Notes under the pieces: generated by a model | Seen by the model: only the letters and a program-made list of their open reading frames with translations | Databases searched by the model: none | Told to the model about the DNA's origin: nothing | Position numbers and translations under genes: made by a program | NCBI GenBank assembly: GCA_032718475.1 | Contig: JAUCBJ010008830.1 | Location: forward strand, 1-64,000 | Direction of reading: 5' to 3' | Length of the DNA stretch: 64,000 nucleotides | DNA from: Nemertoderma westbladi | Lineage: Eukaryota > Animalia > Xenacoelomorpha | In this document: positions 62,050-64,000 of the stretch, piece by piece | Layout of the letters: every line of letters starts with the position of its first letter | Numbering within the stretch: position 1 is the stretch's first letter

Positions 62050-64000
62050 TTAGTGTGCTGCCTCAAGGAGGCAACACTTGTTGACTGGTCGACGGTAAAC
62101 CTTCCCTGAAGCCTTCCGTAGACTCACGGTGCGAACGTGACCATCCTTGCTGTCGTGGGTCCTAACCACACGAGCCATGTCCCAGTCTCCCTTCTGTAAT
62201 GTGTCATCGGTCACGATGACAAGGTCTCCCAACTGTAGATCGCGGTACTCTTTGTTCCACTTTCTCCTCTGTCTTAACGTGGGTAGGTACTCTCGTACCC
62301 AACGATTCCAATACTCGTTCTTACACCGCTGAGCGACGATATATGGGTTACGAAGTCTCCCTCGCCGATCTCTCCCAACGGGTCTCGGACAGTTACTGGG
62401 CCTACACCCAACAAGTGGTTTGGCGTGAGGGCCTCCAGTGACTTCGGGTCATCGGTGGTAGCCACCAGGGGTCGTCCGTTAACAATGGTTTCGACCTCGG
62501 CGAAGATGGTTCTCATCGCATCTTCTGTCACTACGTGTCCGTGTGTAACGGCCTGAATGTGGTGTTTCACCACGCCCACCATAGCCTCCCAAACACCGGA
62601 CATATGAGGGGCATAGGGTGTGTGAAACGACCACTCGATTCCCGGTTCTTGGGTCTTCTCTACCGTCCCCTTGACAAAGGCCTGTTGTGCTCCTTCTAGT
62701 TCATGTTCAGCACCGACAAAGTTGGTTCCGTTGTCCGAGGAGATCTTCTTCGGTTCACCTCGGTGCGCGATAAAGCGCCGCAATGCGTTGAGAAACGCCG
62801 CTGCTGAAGCATCTGGTACTAGTTCGAGTGCTATAGCCCGCGTGGCGTAGCAGACGAATATTATTCCATACCCCTTTCGCATGGTCTTGAGTACTCGTCG
62901 AGTCCATCGAACGTATAAATCGATGGGGCCGAACATCCCTGTGTGGTGGAACGGTACGAGTCCCGCCGTTACCCTATCTTTCGGTAGCGGCGCCATCAGC
63001 TGTTCTAGCCGTCTATGCCATATCTTCTTACATTTAATGCAACCGCTAAGGATCTTCCTCACGGTTTGCCTGAGTCCCGTAGCTGTGAAGCTTTTACGCA
63101 CCCGCCACAATCGTCGCATCCTTACCCCCATGCGCGATGTCACAGTGTGTCTGCCACACCACTTGGTTCAGGGCTGTGGAGCCCGCAGGTAATATCATGG
63201 GCTGGCTTGCCACTATGAAATCCTTGGCGTTCGCCAACCGGGCCACGGATGCTACCATGATGCCATCCTCCAACTGGGGTGCTAACTTTCGTAGCGGACT
63301 GCTCTTCTGTACAGGCTTCCCCTCCCTGAGCCTCCTCCACTCCTCAGGGTAAGCTCGGGCCTGTACGTAGGTCACTACCATCCTCTCTGCCTCCTGTAGA
63401 GGCAACCTGACGGGTATGGTCTTGGTTATTCGGTACTTAGCTAAGGCTATGAACCAAGCCACCCTATTGATCATCCTCCTCCATGTTGAGGACTTGTCTA
63501 TGATCCTATCAATCCGAGGGTCTCTGACCGCCGGTGTGGTCACCATGGAGCACACCCGGACCTCCGGATCTGCTTTCAGAAGCTCCGATGCATTGGCCTC
63601 TGGGAACAAAGGCCAGTCCTTCCTGTTGGGTAGGAAAGCCGGCCCATGCTGCCACAGGTCCTCTTTCTGTTCGAAGGGGACCTCTAGGCTCCCCCTCGAT
63701 ACAAGGTCAGCTGGGTTCTGGTCAGTGGGGCAGTAACCCCAATCACTAACCTCTGTTAGGGTGCGGATATAGTCCACCCGGTTGGCGACGAATACTTTAA
63801 ATCGCCTACTCGGGTGGCTGATGTATAACACCACCGTGGTGGCATCAATCCAATATCTTACTAGTACGATGCACCCCAGGGCCCTTATAATGACCTGGGC
63901 CATCTACACGGCCAGTACCGATGCCATTAGTTCTAGGCGCGGTATGGTGGCCTGTGCTTTGGGTGCCACTCTTGCTTTGCTATAGACCAGGCGTGGGCGG
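62050..64000 (-). mobile_element. BEL/Pao LTR retrotransposon pol C-terminus (RNase H, integrase, C-terminal DUF5641-like region)
   Basis: KARVAPK..TIPRLEL, FVANRV, NPADLVSRG, W.HGPAFL, H..AH..CIKC, ISSDNGTNFVGA, PHMSGVWEAMV, NGRPL, LTPNHLL, GDLVIV..DGHVRTV; frameshifted; continues beyond the window. Putative PPT (G run on minus strand) at ~60227-60234. Confidence 0.93.

Overview
AT-rich eukaryotic (most likely invertebrate animal) DNA with no recognisable housekeeping gene. It is a dense graveyard of nested mobile elements and endogenous viruses. Main contents: (1) a near segment-length endogenous orthomyxovirus-like PB1 (RdRp) copy at ~49.0-51.3 kb that appears to retain isavirus-like segment termini and an A-tract, abutting a Ty1/copia element; (2) a decayed Polinton/Maverick (adintovirus-like) morphogenesis module at ~34-42 kb with two tandem penton genes, a PW/cupiennin-like core protein, major capsid protein and adenain protease; (3) a BEL/Pao retrotransposon at ~60-64 kb with an extra downstream ORF carrying DEDDy 3'-5' exonuclease motifs; (4) a ~4 kb unit repeated about 2.6 times at 21.5-32.2 kb containing exon-like blocks, an SGNH/GDSL hydrolase remnant and a LINE fragment; (5) four RTE-clade LINE pieces, Helitron, pogo, hAT, Kolobok-like and fold-back elements, SINEs and several orphan ORFs. 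Assignments come from motif recognition by eye; no database search was run, and boundaries given with ~ are approximate.
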